DNA from: Rhodobacterales bacterium 52_120_T64
GTDB taxonomy: Bacteria > Pseudomonadota > Alphaproteobacteria > Rhodobacterales > Rhodobacteraceae
Assembly: GCA_002162875.1 (NCBI GenBank)
Contig: MABA01000019.1
Span: 1,506-41,505, forward strand
Direction of reading: 5' to 3'
DNA: 40,000 nucleotides
Below are positions 1 to 10,119 of this stretch, piece after piece. The notes below the pieces were generated by a model that had not been told where the DNA came from, searched no databases, and was given only the letters and a program-made list of their open reading frames with translations. Every line of letters starts with the position of its first letter. Position 1 is the stretch's first letter. Made by a program: the position numbers and the translations under genes.

Positions 1-614
1 AGACTTCGGCGAACGCCGACATACATGAGAGCACCACTGCGCGTGAAATCATGGCTGATTTCGACGGAAAACAACTGGATTACTTTGTGACGGGTTATGG
101 AACTGGCGGAACCATGGTTGGGGTCAGTCGGGTTTTACGTAAAGAACGCCCGAATACGAAGATCATTTTGACTGAACCGGCTAACGCCGCACTTGTGTCC
201 AGCGGCGAGGTTCAGGAGCGCACTGAAGCAGGCGGCCCAGCCAAAGGCCACTCAGCTTGGGAGCCGCACCCTGTACAAGGTTGGACACCTGACTTTATTC
301 CACTGGTTCTACAAGAGGCGCTGGACAACCAAAGTTACGATGAATTGTTGAAGGTTGCCGGACCTGAGGGGATTGTTTGGTCGAAAAAACTGGCCCAGCA
401 GGAAGGGATTTTCACAGGCATTTCGGGTGGCGCGACGTTTGCGGTGGCCATGAAGGTGGCTGAAAGCGCCCCGAAGGGATCGATCATTCTGTGCATGTTG
501 CCTGATACCGGTGAACGGTATCTGTCAACACCCCTTTTTGAAGGGATAGGAGCCGACATGGACGCGGGCGAATTGGAATTAATGCAATCTACGCCGGGTT
601 GCCAGTTAGGCTGA
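1..614 (+). CDS. cysK: Cysteine synthase (fold-type II PLP enzyme, CysK/CysM family), C-terminal part; 5' end outside window
   Basis: The reading frame is open from the window edge (frame of position 3: TSANADIHESTTAREI precedes the listed Met). It shows GTGGTMVGVSRVL, SGGATFAVAMKVAE and LPDTGERYLST, typical of the C-terminal half of cysteine synthases. Confidence 0.8.
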   Translation, partial: TSANADIHESTTAREIMADFDGKQLDYFVTGYGTGGTMVGVSRVLRKERPNTKIILTEPANAALVSSGEVQERTEAGGPAKGHSAWEPHPVQGWTPDFIPLVLQEALDNQSYDELLKVAGPEGIVWSKKLAQQEGIFTGISGGATFAVAMKVAESAPKGSIILCMLPDTGERYLSTPLFEGIGADMDAGELELMQSTPGCQLG

Positions 615-635
615 GCAGGTATTAAACAAAGGAAA

Positions 636-662
636 AGAACCCGCGCGGACAGCGCGAGTTCT
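636..662 (+). terminator. Hairpin after cysK (AGAAC-C-CGCGC GGACA GCGCG-A-GTTCT) followed by ACGTTT
   Basis: Inverted repeat read directly, 22 nt after the cysK stop. The T-tract is weak. Confidence 0.4.
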
Positions 663-1033
663 ACGTTTGGGAGCATCGTCATGTGGTCCATTTCTGCATG
701 GATCTATAAGCGTTCGATCACAAACTTCAAATATGCACAATTTTCACGAAAATAGCGTGTCTGATGGCGCTGTCCGAAGAATTATAACCGGCCTCAATTT
801 ACCGCATGACGCGTGCACTTACGCGGAACGACGTTGGCGTCACGCGGAGAGAACTGCATCGCGGTTGAGCGTATCGCGCCGCAACCAACGACCGTTTCCT
901 GTCCTTCGTGACGGCGCTGAACGTTAAGTGCATTCCATTTTGCAGTTGCGGCGAAAGCACGGTTTGTCCGTTCTCCGACCGTTAAACCTTCATTTGGCTA
1001 TATATGCCCGACTGAAAGCATCAAACGGCTGCC

Positions 1034-1861
1034 TTGAGGATGTCACGTTCATTGATCATTGACCGATTTTCCCGCACGCTAACCACTATTTCGCACGCTG
1101 ACATTATGCGATACCAAGTCCGAGGGAACATATTGACCGATACAGACCCATTCCACCTTCACCCTGAACTGCGCAGCGTGATCAAACCTGCGGCAGAGTC
1201 ATTCTTCCGCGATTTTGACCTGAGCGTCCTTGACGCTCGTGCAGCGGAAGATGGAGACCCAATAGATTGGCGCACTTCTGACGAAGAACGCGAAGCAGGT
1301 CGGCGTGAATGGCTAAAGGACAGCTGGGATCAAGACCTTTGGATTTTTGGCTATGGCTCGCTCATGTGGGACCCGTCTGTCGAGTTTGACGAGGTCCGCC
1401 ATGCACACTGTCATGGATACCAGCGAAGCTTTTGTCTCTGGGTCGAGGGGGGGCGAGGCTCGAAAGAGGAGCCGGGGTTGATGCTGGCAATTGATGAGGG
1501 TGGTAATTGCGAAGGCCTCGCTTTCCGCGTTCAGGCCGATAAGCTAGATCATGAGACCTTCGTTCTATTTCGACGTGAAATGATTATCTCCGCCTATCGC
1601 CCTACATGGCTCAACCTGGACACCAAAGACGGGCCGATAGAGGCGCTCGGCTTCGTGGCTAACCATGATTACGAGGGAATCATACCTGATATTCCGATGC
1701 ACGATCAAGCCAAGATGATCTCGCGGGCGGAGGGATTTCTTGGCACCAACTTTGACTATTTGTCAAACACTCATGACCATCTGAAACTCCTTGAAATTGA
1801 AGATACCTACGTCTCGGAACTTTATGCTGCAGTGGATAACTTGCGCGATACTTCTATTTGA
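1034..1861 (+). CDS. chaC: ChaC-family gamma-glutamylcyclotransferase (glutathione-specific type)
   Basis: WIFGYGSLMWDP and GLMLAIDEGGNCEGLAFRV match the ChaC/GGCT core. There is an N-terminal extension of about 100 aa, so the start is uncertain (TTG 1034, ATG 1040 or later). Confidence 0.75.
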   Translation: MRMSRSLIIDRFSRTLTTISHADIMRYQVRGNILTDTDPFHLHPELRSVIKPAAESFFRDFDLSVLDARAAEDGDPIDWRTSDEEREAGRREWLKDSWDQDLWIFGYGSLMWDPSVEFDEVRHAHCHGYQRSFCLWVEGGRGSKEEPGLMLAIDEGGNCEGLAFRVQADKLDHETFVLFRREMIISAYRPTWLNLDTKDGPIEALGFVANHDYEGIIPDIPMHDQAKMISRAEGFLGTNFDYLSNTHDHLKLLEIEDTYVSELYAAVDNLRDTSI

Positions 1862-2466
1862 GAGTGGAGAAATCCCTCAGCGGAAATTGATGGCCCAGTT
1901 TGTCCGTATAGTGATTTTCCGCGGTGAAAATCTAGCTGATACTTGATCGAAATGGTCAGAATGCCGCATTGAGCTTCGAGCCGACAACTGCGTTTTTCAT
2001 CCTGTCGACGCAGCTTGGTGAAAACGCTAGTGATCTAACACTGCGTTATGGCAACATATCCAAAGCCTCTATAGGGGCAATCCAGCGTCGTTTGATCGTT
2101 TTGGAAAATCAGGGCGTTGCATTTTTTTGGTGAGGCCGCGCGAAATCTGGACGACATGATAGCCAAGACTTCCAGCACGCACTTCGGGCCTTTACGCCGC
2201 GTGATCAAAAAGCGTTACGCGCAGCGGTTGAAGCTTTCGCAGAATTTAAAGAACCGGAAGAGGAACCTGCAACGCGCGAATTTTCTAACGCAAGGCGATA
2301 TGGAAGAGAAACGCACTATTCGCGACCTACCGCCAAGCGCAGTACGAACCGCGGTTCGCGCGGCGACACTGCGACGCAAGTCTTTGCAAAATCACTGGTG
2401 ATCATTTGGCACCCAATTGGGGCGCTCGCTCGGGCTAGGTGCGCTTGGGAGTTTCTTTAAGAACCT

Positions 2467-3786
2467 TTAGATTAATGGGCGAATCCGGATTTTGGCAATA
2501 CGGTTCCGTTCGCGACTTAGCACCTCAAAGCGATATCCGTGGAACGAGAATATTTGTCCTTCGGTCGGAATGGTTTGCGCTTCGAATATAACCAGTCCGG
2601 CAACAGTATTGGCCTCTTCATCAGGTAAGGACCAGTCGCACGAACGGTTCACATCGCGGATCGTCATCGACCCGTCAACGATAACTTCGCCGTCCGTTGT
2701 GCGCTCGACTTCTTCCTCTTTTACGTCGTGTTCGTCAGCAATTTCGCCCACGATTTCCTCAAGAATATCCTCAAGCGTGATTAATCCCTGCAACGAACCG
2801 TATTCGTCTACCACCAAAGCAAAGTGCGATTTACGCCGCAGGAACTCGCGCATTTGATCATCGAGCGAAGTCGTTTCCGGTACGAAATACGGCTCCATCG
2901 CGATATCTAAAATGTTGAATTCTTTAAGACCTTCCAACCCGGCATTCGGGCCGCGCACCATCGCATCAACAGTACGCAACAAGTCTTTGGCATGAACAAC
3001 ACCGACAATGTTTTCAGGTTCATCCTTAAACACCGGAATACGAGTGTAAGCCGATTGCAGTGCTTGCGTCAAAATCGCATTCGGTTGATCTGCGGCATCA
3101 ATCATTTCGATGTTGGAGCGATGTAGCATGATCTCTTCAACCTCGCGGTTTTTTAGATCAAGTGCCCCAAGCAATCGGTCGCGGTCATCCTTTTGAACGC
3201 CACCTTCGGAATGGTGCAGCACAATAGCCTCGGCAATTTCCTGATGCGCTAGAATTCGGGTGTCTGGATCGATTGCTATCCCCAGAAGACGCAAGAAAAA
3301 GCGCACTAACAATCGCACAATACTAACAAAGGGGGAAAGAATGCGTACGACAATCGCAATAATAGGCGAGACAGATTTGGCTGCCGATTCAGGATTGGTG
3401 ATGGCGTAAGTTTTAGGCATAACTTCGGCAAAAATGAGCACAAGCAAAGTCATAACAATCGTTGCCACAGCCACTCCACTTGCACCATAGAGCAAAGTGA
3501 ACAAGCTCGTGGCCAACGCCGCCGCCAGGATATTTACAAGGTTATTGCCCAGTAAGACGGCCCCGATCAGCCGCTCATTATCGTCAGTTAAGTCCAACGC
3601 TTTCTGCGCTCCACTAGAACCTTTTTTCGCCATACCGTTCAACTTGGCACGACTAGCTGCAGTCAACGCGGTCTCGGAACCCGAGAAAAAGGCGGAGAGC
3701 AACAGCAGCGCAATGATTGCACCAATCGTACCCCATAGTGCCAGATCCCAAGTAACAATTTCGCCAGTGGCGGCTTCCATTTGCAT
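2467..3786 (-). CDS. HlyC/CorC-family transporter (DUF21/CNNM membrane domain + CBS pair + CorC_HlyC domain)
   Basis: The N-terminus is multi-TM. A CBS pair follows (VVHAKDLL..., ALVVDEYGSLQGLITLEDILEEIVGEI), then a C-terminal transporter-associated domain (FHGYRFEVL...RIAKIRI). Confidence 0.85.
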   Translation of the reverse strand: MQMEAATGEIVTWDLALWGTIGAIIALLLLSAFFSGSETALTAASRAKLNGMAKKGSSGAQKALDLTDDNERLIGAVLLGNNLVNILAAALATSLFTLLYGASGVAVATIVMTLLVLIFAEVMPKTYAITNPESAAKSVSPIIAIVVRILSPFVSIVRLLVRFFLRLLGIAIDPDTRILAHQEIAEAIVLHHSEGGVQKDDRDRLLGALDLKNREVEEIMLHRSNIEMIDAADQPNAILTQALQSAYTRIPVFKDEPENIVGVVHAKDLLRTVDAMVRGPNAGLEGLKEFNILDIAMEPYFVPETTSLDDQMREFLRRKSHFALVVDEYGSLQGLITLEDILEEIVGEIADEHDVKEEEVERTTDGEVIVDGSMTIRDVNRSCDWSLPDEEANTVAGLVIFEAQTIPTEGQIFSFHGYRFEVLSRERNRIAKIRIRPLI

Positions 3787-3860
3787 AAGCTCCTTGCAAT
3801 GCTGTTTTCCAATCTACAATTATGGGGTGTGAGCGTGGCATCCGCAAGCAGGAGATCGAC

Positions 3861-4661
3861 ATGAAAGTTACAGATTTGGGTGATTTCGAAGATCCCATAC
3901 TGGTTTTTGGCGGACCGTATTCGAATTTGCAGGCCTTTGATGCTCTGAAAGCCGCGGCTCGGCGGTTGGACATTCCTGCAGAGCGTATTATCTGCACTGG
4001 TGACGTGGTTGCGTACTGTGCGGACGCCGAAGCAACCGCGCAAGCTGTGCGGGAATTCGGTTGCGCTGCAGTGGCGGGGAATTGCGAGAAACAGTTGGCG
4101 GAAAGGAGCGAGGATTGTGCATGTGGTTTCGATTCTAGCTCACAATGTTCCATTCTGGCACGGGGATGGTATGCCCACGCGCTAGACCAGGTCTCGCAGG
4201 ATAGTCGAGATTGGATGGCTTCATGTCCTGATATAGTAGTTTTCACCAAAGAGGAGCGAAGGTATGCCGTTGTTCATGGTGGCTTAACGGATATTAGCCG
4301 TTTCATCTGGCCTGTTTCAAGCGACACAGCTTTTATAGAGGAATTCAGCGCGGTTGAAGAAGCGGTTGGGTCGGTTGACGGGATTATTGCAGGTCATTCG
4401 GGAATCCCCTTTGTTTACAATACTGAGCAACGGCTCTGGATTAACGCAGGTGCAATCGGAATGCCGCCCAATGATGGATCACCGGACACAACGTACGTGA
4501 CCTTTGATGACCAACCTCGCATTCATCGGCTAAGGTATGACTTCAATGCCACTAGACAAGCTATGGAAAATGCAGAACTTACTCAAGGTTATCACGAAAC
4601 TTTAAGCACTGGACTTTGGCCTAGCGAAGACTCGCTTCCCTGCATTATGCGCCACACCTAA
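3861..4661 (+). CDS. Calcineurin-like metallophosphoesterase family protein
   Basis: ILVFGGPYSN, CTGDVVAYC, VVHGG and GHSGIPF are metallophosphoesterase-type motifs. ATG 3861 is preceded by AGGAG. The ORF track starts at 3822. Confidence 0.7.
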   Translation: MKVTDLGDFEDPILVFGGPYSNLQAFDALKAAARRLDIPAERIICTGDVVAYCADAEATAQAVREFGCAAVAGNCEKQLAERSEDCACGFDSSSQCSILARGWYAHALDQVSQDSRDWMASCPDIVVFTKEERRYAVVHGGLTDISRFIWPVSSDTAFIEEFSAVEEAVGSVDGIIAGHSGIPFVYNTEQRLWINAGAIGMPPNDGSPDTTYVTFDDQPRIHRLRYDFNATRQAMENAELTQGYHETLSTGLWPSEDSLPCIMRHT

Positions 4662-5560
4662 GCCAAAGGATGTTTGGTTAACACCAACTCTTTCAAGCGT
4701 TCTTCAAGTACATGCGTATAGATTTCGGTGGTGGAGACATCCGCATGCCCCAACAACATCTGAATGGATAGAAGGTCAGCCCCATTTGCCAAGAGATGCG
4801 TTGCAAATGCATGACGAAGTGTGTGCGGAGATATACCTTTAGGGTCCAGCCCGCTAAATAGCGCCAAGTCTTTGATAAACAAAAAGAACGACTCTCGCGT
4901 CACATGTTCTTTCTTGCCCCGAGACGGAAAAAGAAACGTAGATTCGGTATGCTTTTCTTTCAAATTGGCATCTCGCACGAATAGCCATTCCGCCAGCGCC
5001 TCTCGGGCAGGATGGGAAAGCGGCACCATTCGTTCTCGCCCACCTTTACCGCGCACCAATATCATTCGCGGGTCGCCTCGGGTCGCGGCGACGGGCAGGG
5101 ATACTAATTCTGTAACGCGAAGGCCGGTCGCATAAAGAATTTCCATCAAACACGTGTTTCTAAGTTTGTCCAATGGGTTTTTGCCGAATGTCCGAGCCTT
5201 TTCAAGCAATATGACAACGTCCGCTTCGCTTAACGTGTTAGGTAAATGCCGCCCGCGTTTTGGCCCACGTATCTGTGCTGCTGGATCATCATCTCGCCAA
5301 CCTTCGGTGAAGGCAAATCGATACAGCTGCCGGATGGACGAAAGCCGGCGTGCGCGCGTTGATTTGGCCAGACCGATTGCTTCCTGTTCGATCAGATAGT
5401 TTTCGATATCCGCACGGTTCGCTTGTTCAGGTGTTTGCTTTTTGCGTTCCAGAAACGCGACGAAATCTTTTAGGTCGCGGGCATAAGCGTTCAGCGTGTT
5501 GATAGCCGCGTCTTGCTCGGCTTGCATGGCTTCCAGAAAAATTGGTAACCAAGGGTGCAC
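4658..5560 (-). CDS. xerD: Site-specific tyrosine recombinase XerD
   Basis: ATGLRVTELVSL, HTLRHAFATHLL and LLGHADVSTTEIYTHV give the R..HxxR..Y catalytic set. The N-terminal NTLNAYARDL core-binding domain and a length of 300 aa also fit. Confidence 0.8.
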   Translation of the reverse strand: MHPWLPIFLEAMQAEQDAAINTLNAYARDLKDFVAFLERKKQTPEQANRADIENYLIEQEAIGLAKSTRARRLSSIRQLYRFAFTEGWRDDDPAAQIRGPKRGRHLPNTLSEADVVILLEKARTFGKNPLDKLRNTCLMEILYATGLRVTELVSLPVAATRGDPRMILVRGKGGRERMVPLSHPAREALAEWLFVRDANLKEKHTESTFLFPSRGKKEHVTRESFFLFIKDLALFSGLDPKGISPHTLRHAFATHLLANGADLLSIQMLLGHADVSTTEIYTHVLEERLKELVLTKHPLA

Positions 5561-5562
5561 GA

Positions 5563-7116
5563 TTATCCTCCGACAGGTAAAAGTAGGATTTGCACCGCAA
5601 TTCGTCGCGCAGCGGCAGTCTGTCCTGCGGCAACAAGCACATATAATCCTGTGCGTACACCTTCAGGATCAGACATCGAACCATCGGAAAGCAAGCCTAA
5701 AGACGCTAGTATAGCCTGTCCTTGCCTATCTTCTTCAAGCAAACCAAGTAATCTTACAGTGGCGGGATTATTTGGCAGCGGGCCGTTCAGGCCGTTGATA
5801 ATCGATTGCTGCATCGCGGATCCGCTAGGATCAATTATTAGTGGGGCCTGCGTGACGATCGCGAGTGCTAGTCGACGGTTTTCATCTAATTCAACGCCGT
5901 CGGCCCAAGAGCTATTCGAAACATTTGCAAGGTGAAGTAAATCCAGAACGGGCAGTGCTGCTCCGTTAAATTCAGGTGAATACTCCAAAGTAGATAACAC
6001 TTCTGCATATTCTTCTGCCAAAGCGTTCAACAGTCCAGCGCTTGAAAATTCCTCATATATGTTCAAAAGCGCGCGCGAAAGGTTTTCGATATTCTTTTCT
6101 TTCAACGCGTCATCGAGCAATTGAACACTGTTGGCTCGGCCCCAAACACCGCCGGAACTTGCCGCTTTACCTTCGCGGTAAGCCGCGAACAGTAAGTTGG
6201 AAGGTAGGGAGCCGGCCATCACTAACCGCTCGGAGGCATCCAGTTTGGCGCGAAGAGGGGCGCGAGTACCAATGTCGCGATATAGGTAGGGAAGGGGCAT
6301 TAGACCGGTTGGTCTTGGCAACAGCACTGCCTCTCTCAAAACAAAGTCCATTATGTTCATAGGATTTGGTGCAGCAGGGTCCGGCTCGCCCTCAAACAAC
6401 TCTGGGTCAAGAAACCGCATTAACATTTCTGCGCGCGCAGGTTCTATCGCGCCTATTCCCGCACCGAGCGATAGCGTGATGGCCGCCGCGTTCCAGTCAC
6501 CACCGCGGGCTAAGCAAAATATCCGCGCACTAAGATCATCCGATATCGCTGGCGCAGTCTTTAAGGCGTCACATACTTCGCTTGTACGATTAGTTAGAAC
6601 TGAAATATTAAATTTTTGTTCAAATATCGAGGGATTAGTAGCCGGAGCTAATCCAATAAGCGCTTCAGCAGCATCTAGTGCGCCAATGTCTAACAGTCGT
6701 CCAGCGCGCGCTTGCAAGACTAGACCATTTTGAATGTCGTTGGGTGCAGGGTTAGCTTGGGCCAACAGAATACGGCGAAACACGCTGCGCGCTTCCGGCA
6801 TTCCTTCATTCGGGAAGTTGGTTATTAAATTCGCAATATCATCGGCAAGCATGTCGCCCCACAATCCCGCAGAAAAGCCAGTTAAAGCGGGGGATAACAA
6901 ACCGATGGCATCAGGGCTAACCGGTGTTAATCCCTTTTTTACGGAAATGTCCTGAATAAACGGTTCGACAAGTGGTGCGGTATCCGTGGGTATTTCGAAT
7001 ACTGGCGGATCGTTAATGCTATCGCTTAGCCAATCGATAGCGCTTAACGGTGCTTGCGCCATAACCGAGGCAGCGAAGCCAAGCGTAGAAATGAAAACCA
7101 AATAGAACAGGCGCAT
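5563..7116 (-). CDS. Hypothetical secreted/periplasmic protein
   Basis: 517-aa ORF with the signal peptide MRLFYLVFISTLGFAASVMAQAP. It is tightly packed with xerD (2-nt gap). I see no recognisable catalytic motif. Confidence 0.6.
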   Translation of the reverse strand: MRLFYLVFISTLGFAASVMAQAPLSAIDWLSDSINDPPVFEIPTDTAPLVEPFIQDISVKKGLTPVSPDAIGLLSPALTGFSAGLWGDMLADDIANLITNFPNEGMPEARSVFRRILLAQANPAPNDIQNGLVLQARAGRLLDIGALDAAEALIGLAPATNPSIFEQKFNISVLTNRTSEVCDALKTAPAISDDLSARIFCLARGGDWNAAAITLSLGAGIGAIEPARAEMLMRFLDPELFEGEPDPAAPNPMNIMDFVLREAVLLPRPTGLMPLPYLYRDIGTRAPLRAKLDASERLVMAGSLPSNLLFAAYREGKAASSGGVWGRANSVQLLDDALKEKNIENLSRALLNIYEEFSSAGLLNALAEEYAEVLSTLEYSPEFNGAALPVLDLLHLANVSNSSWADGVELDENRRLALAIVTQAPLIIDPSGSAMQQSIINGLNGPLPNNPATVRLLGLLEEDRQGQAILASLGLLSDGSMSDPEGVRTGLYVLVAAGQTAAARRIAVQILLLPVGG

Positions 7117-7119
7117 GAA

Positions 7120-7254
7120 TTAATCCAAATTGGGCGTAATCGACTGGGTCACGTCGGATTGTGGTGCAGGGAGTTCGAAAAACATGGCGTATCCAACTAT
7201 GCCAATTCCACCGATCACGGCCAAATAGAATAAAACTTTAATCAATCGAAACAT
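7120..7254 (-). CDS. Small single-TM protein (44 aa), below the ORF-track cutoff
   Basis: My own translation gives MFRLIKVLFYLAVIGGIGIVGYAMFFELPAPQSDVTQSITPNLD. Its stop lies 3 nt upstream of the next gene's ATG, so it looks operonic. Confidence 0.4.
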   Translation of the reverse strand: MFRLIKVLFYLAVIGGIGIVGYAMFFELPAPQSDVTQSITPNLD

Positions 7255-7407
7255 TCTGCCTGCTCCTTGTACAAAAGCGATGGTGCTCGCTTTTTCGTAG
7301 TATTATCGCGCATGCACAAATGCGGGGATTATCCCTCTTTCATATCGTGCCGGATGAAACTAACGTGAAGTTAACAAATCATCAATCGCCCAAAAGGGGT
7401 TTTATCA

Positions 7408-8001
7408 ATGCCCAATGCCCCTAAACGTGAAAGTAGCTATGGTTTGAACCGGACCGTAGTGCTCGTGGGGTTGATGGGGGCGGGTAAATCAACTGTAGGG
7501 CGGCGCTTGGCTGACCTGTTGGGGGTTCGTTTTGTCGATAGCGACAACGAGATCGAAGTCGCCGCCGATATGACCATCCCCGAGATTTTTGAACGTTTTG
7601 ACGAACAGTATTTTCGTGACGGCGAACGCCGTGTCATAGCCCGTCTTTTGGCGGACGAGCCTTGCATCTTGGCAACCGGTGGCGGTGCATTTTTATCCCG
7701 TGAAAACCGCACGATAATCGGAGATGGTGGCGTTTCTGTGTGGATCAAGGCCGACCTCGAAACTCTGTGGGAAAGGGTCAGGGACAAGTCCGGCCGACCA
7801 TTGCTGAATGGTGACAACCCCAAAGGGGTTTTAACCGATTTGCTAGAGGCGCGATATCCGTTGTACGCGACGGCAGAAATAGTGGTAAACAGCGCAGCTG
7901 GTGACCCGCACGAGATTGTCGTGAACGCAATCGTTGAAGAGCTGATAAAGACCGGGCATTTGAAAGCCGCGGGTGGAATCGAGGAATTACATGAGCATTG
8001 A
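7408..8001 (+). CDS. aroK: Shikimate kinase
   Basis: Walker A GLMGAGKSTVGRRLA, FVDSD, GGGA and a length of about 190 aa. It is followed by aroB, as in many bacteria. Confidence 0.9.
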   Translation: MPNAPKRESSYGLNRTVVLVGLMGAGKSTVGRRLADLLGVRFVDSDNEIEVAADMTIPEIFERFDEQYFRDGERRVIARLLADEPCILATGGGAFLSRENRTIIGDGGVSVWIKADLETLWERVRDKSGRPLLNGDNPKGVLTDLLEARYPLYATAEIVVNSAAGDPHEIVVNAIVEELIKTGHLKAAGGIEELHEH

Positions 8002-9106
8002 AACCCTGACCGTCGACCTGCCGGATCGCGCCTATGACATTGCAATCGGACCTGGCTTGTTGGCCGAGGCGGGTGTGCGGATTATGCCATTCCTAAAACG
8101 TCCAAAAGTTACGATTATCACCGATGAAACTGTTGCTTCGCTGCACATAAAAACATTGCAATCCGGCCTTTCAAATGCTGGACTTACCAGCGAGTATATT
8201 GCGATGCCTGCAGGTGAAAAAACCAAGGGTTGGACCGGGTTAGAGACCGTCGTTGAGTGGTTGATTGAACACCGAGTAGAACGCGACGACATCGTTATTG
8301 CTTTTGGGGGCGGAGTGATCGGTGACCTCGCCGGTTTCGCCGCAGCTATTCTCCGGCGTGGCGTGAATTTCGTACAAATTCCAACATCGCTTTTGGCCCA
8401 AGTGGATAGCTCCGTCGGTGGTAAAACAGGGATAAATTCACCTCTAGGGAAAAACCTGATCGGAGCATTTCATCAACCAAAATTGGTGCTGGCGGACACG
8501 GACGTTTTAGACACGCTAGCGCCTCGAGAGTTCACTTCAGGTTATGGTGAGGTCGTAAAGTATGGATTGCTCGGGGATGCCAGGTTCTTTGATTGGCTTG
8601 AGAAAAACGGGCCATCACTAGCGTTTGGCGATCAGGCAAACCGTATTTCTGCGATCAAACGGTCTTGCGAGATGAAGGCTGAGATAGTTGCGCGCGATGA
8701 AAAAGAACGCGGGGATCGAGCGTTGCTTAATCTTGGGCATACCTTCGGCCACGCGCTGGAGGCTGCGACCGGTTATTCGGACCGCCTGTTACACGGCGAA
8801 GGAGTGGCAATTGGTTGTGCTCTGGCTTTTGAATTGTCGCAAAAATTGGGGATTTGCTCGCAAGAAGCACCCAGTCGGGTGCGCCAACATCTAGCGGCAA
8901 TGGGCATGAAGAAAGACCTTTCGGATATTGCCGGCGATTTGCCCGATGCCGACGGTTTGATCGCGTTAATGGGGCAGGACAAGAAAGTTACAGACGGAAA
9001 AATTGCATTCATTCTGGCACGAAGTATTGGCGACACATTTGTCGAGAAGAATGTCGATATGGACGTTGTGAAATCCGTGCTGGGGGAAGCGCTAAAAAGG
9101 CGATAA
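7991..9106 (+). CDS. aroB: 3-dehydroquinate synthase
   Basis: GGGVIGDLAGFAAAILRRGVNFVQIPTSLLAQVDSSVGGKTGIN and GHTFGHALE. ATG 7991 has the GAGGA Shine-Dalgarno sequence and overlaps the aroK end. The ORF track begins at GTG 7973. Confidence 0.9.
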   Translation: MSIETLTVDLPDRAYDIAIGPGLLAEAGVRIMPFLKRPKVTIITDETVASLHIKTLQSGLSNAGLTSEYIAMPAGEKTKGWTGLETVVEWLIEHRVERDDIVIAFGGGVIGDLAGFAAAILRRGVNFVQIPTSLLAQVDSSVGGKTGINSPLGKNLIGAFHQPKLVLADTDVLDTLAPREFTSGYGEVVKYGLLGDARFFDWLEKNGPSLAFGDQANRISAIKRSCEMKAEIVARDEKERGDRALLNLGHTFGHALEAATGYSDRLLHGEGVAIGCALAFELSQKLGICSQEAPSRVRQHLAAMGMKKDLSDIAGDLPDADGLIALMGQDKKVTDGKIAFILARSIGDTFVEKNVDMDVVKSVLGEALKRR

Positions 9107-9174
9107 CTTTTCCGCCACTGATTAAATGCACTGACCTCCGAGAAAGCTCATCATAGGTGGCACAACTAAAGCCG

Positions 9175-10119
9175 TCAGGCGCTGCAACTCGCTCCACCTA
9201 GAACACAGAATTTTGCGCAGTGACGATGGTTCAGTTTAACGTCGGCTTCGGCGTCTTCAAGTGTTTCGCCCATCTCGAATTCCGCAGAATAGGGCAGCAG
9301 GGTGCAAGCAAGCACAACCGGTTTGACATGGCCTTTGCGCTTAACGACCATACGTGAGGTTGCACACATTACGTCGTTTGGCGATTTGTCGAGGATTCCC
9401 CAACATGCTGTGGTGATCTCTTGAACCTCAACAGTTTCGTCCATCTCAGGAAAAAGAACGGTCATTGCGGGATCATGCGCGTCGATCGGAAAACTTTCTT
9501 CCTTGTATAAGGCGGCATATCCTGCGCGACTGCTTGCATCACTGTCACCAAAAACTGAACGTCCAGCTAGTGCCATGCGAAACTGGTTATCACGAAGCCA
9601 GCGCATGCCCCTTAATGTGATGTCATAGGAACCATTTCCGCGCTCCGCGTCATGCAAGCGTTGGTCGAAATGGTCCAGAGAGACGCGCAGGGTCAACTTT
9701 TCGCCGAATTCTGCCAGCAATTCAAGCAGGCCGTTCTGTACGCGCTTTCGCATCATTGGCTGCATAGCATTCGTCAGGACCAGCACGTCAAACCCGCGTT
9801 CTAGCGGGGTGCGAAGCATCGCAATTATTTCGGGATTCATGAACGGCTCTCCGCCGGTGAAACCAATCTCGGTAACGGGCCAATCGCGTACGGCTATCTG
9901 GTCTAGATATTCCGCAATTTCTGGTTCTGTCATATAGACAAGGCGGTCGTTGTCAGGGCTGCTTTCAATATAGCAGTTCACGCACGTGATGTTGCAAAGT
10001 GTGCCAGTATTAAACCAAAGGGTTTTGGCACCACTTAAGGCAACGGACGCGCGCAGTTCGCCTTTGGCAGTCAGGTCCGGGTGTTCGAATTTGCCGAGGG
10101 CAAGGCTTTGGTCATTCAT
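9175..10119 (-). CDS. Radical SAM domain protein
   Basis: CNITCVNCY is the CxxxCxxC 4Fe-4S/SAM motif, followed by GGEPF. The C-terminus is Cys-rich. ATG 10119 is preceded by AAGGA. Confidence 0.75.
   Translation of the reverse strand: MNDQSLALGKFEHPDLTAKGELRASVALSGAKTLWFNTGTLCNITCVNCYIESSPDNDRLVYMTEPEIAEYLDQIAVRDWPVTEIGFTGGEPFMNPEIIAMLRTPLERGFDVLVLTNAMQPMMRKRVQNGLLELLAEFGEKLTLRVSLDHFDQRLHDAERGNGSYDITLRGMRWLRDNQFRMALAGRSVFGDSDASSRAGYAALYKEESFPIDAHDPAMTVLFPEMDETVEVQEITTACWGILDKSPNDVMCATSRMVVKRKGHVKPVVLACTLLPYSAEFEMGETLEDAEADVKLNHRHCAKFCVLGGASCSA

Noticed and set aside
2117-2401. 94-aa highly basic ORF in the chaC/corC gap
   Set aside because: It has a TTG start without a Shine-Dalgarno sequence. 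Its Lys/Arg-rich low-complexity product has no recognisable domain. It is kept only as part of the unexplained-gap finding.
3653-4249. 198-aa and 126-aa minus-strand ORFs
   Set aside because: They are antisense to the metallophosphoesterase gene and overlap the CorC-family gene start. I see no motifs.
7437-8045. 202-aa minus-strand ORF
   Set aside because: It is antisense to aroK and the aroB start. The product is Ser/Arg/Pro-rich and low-complexity.
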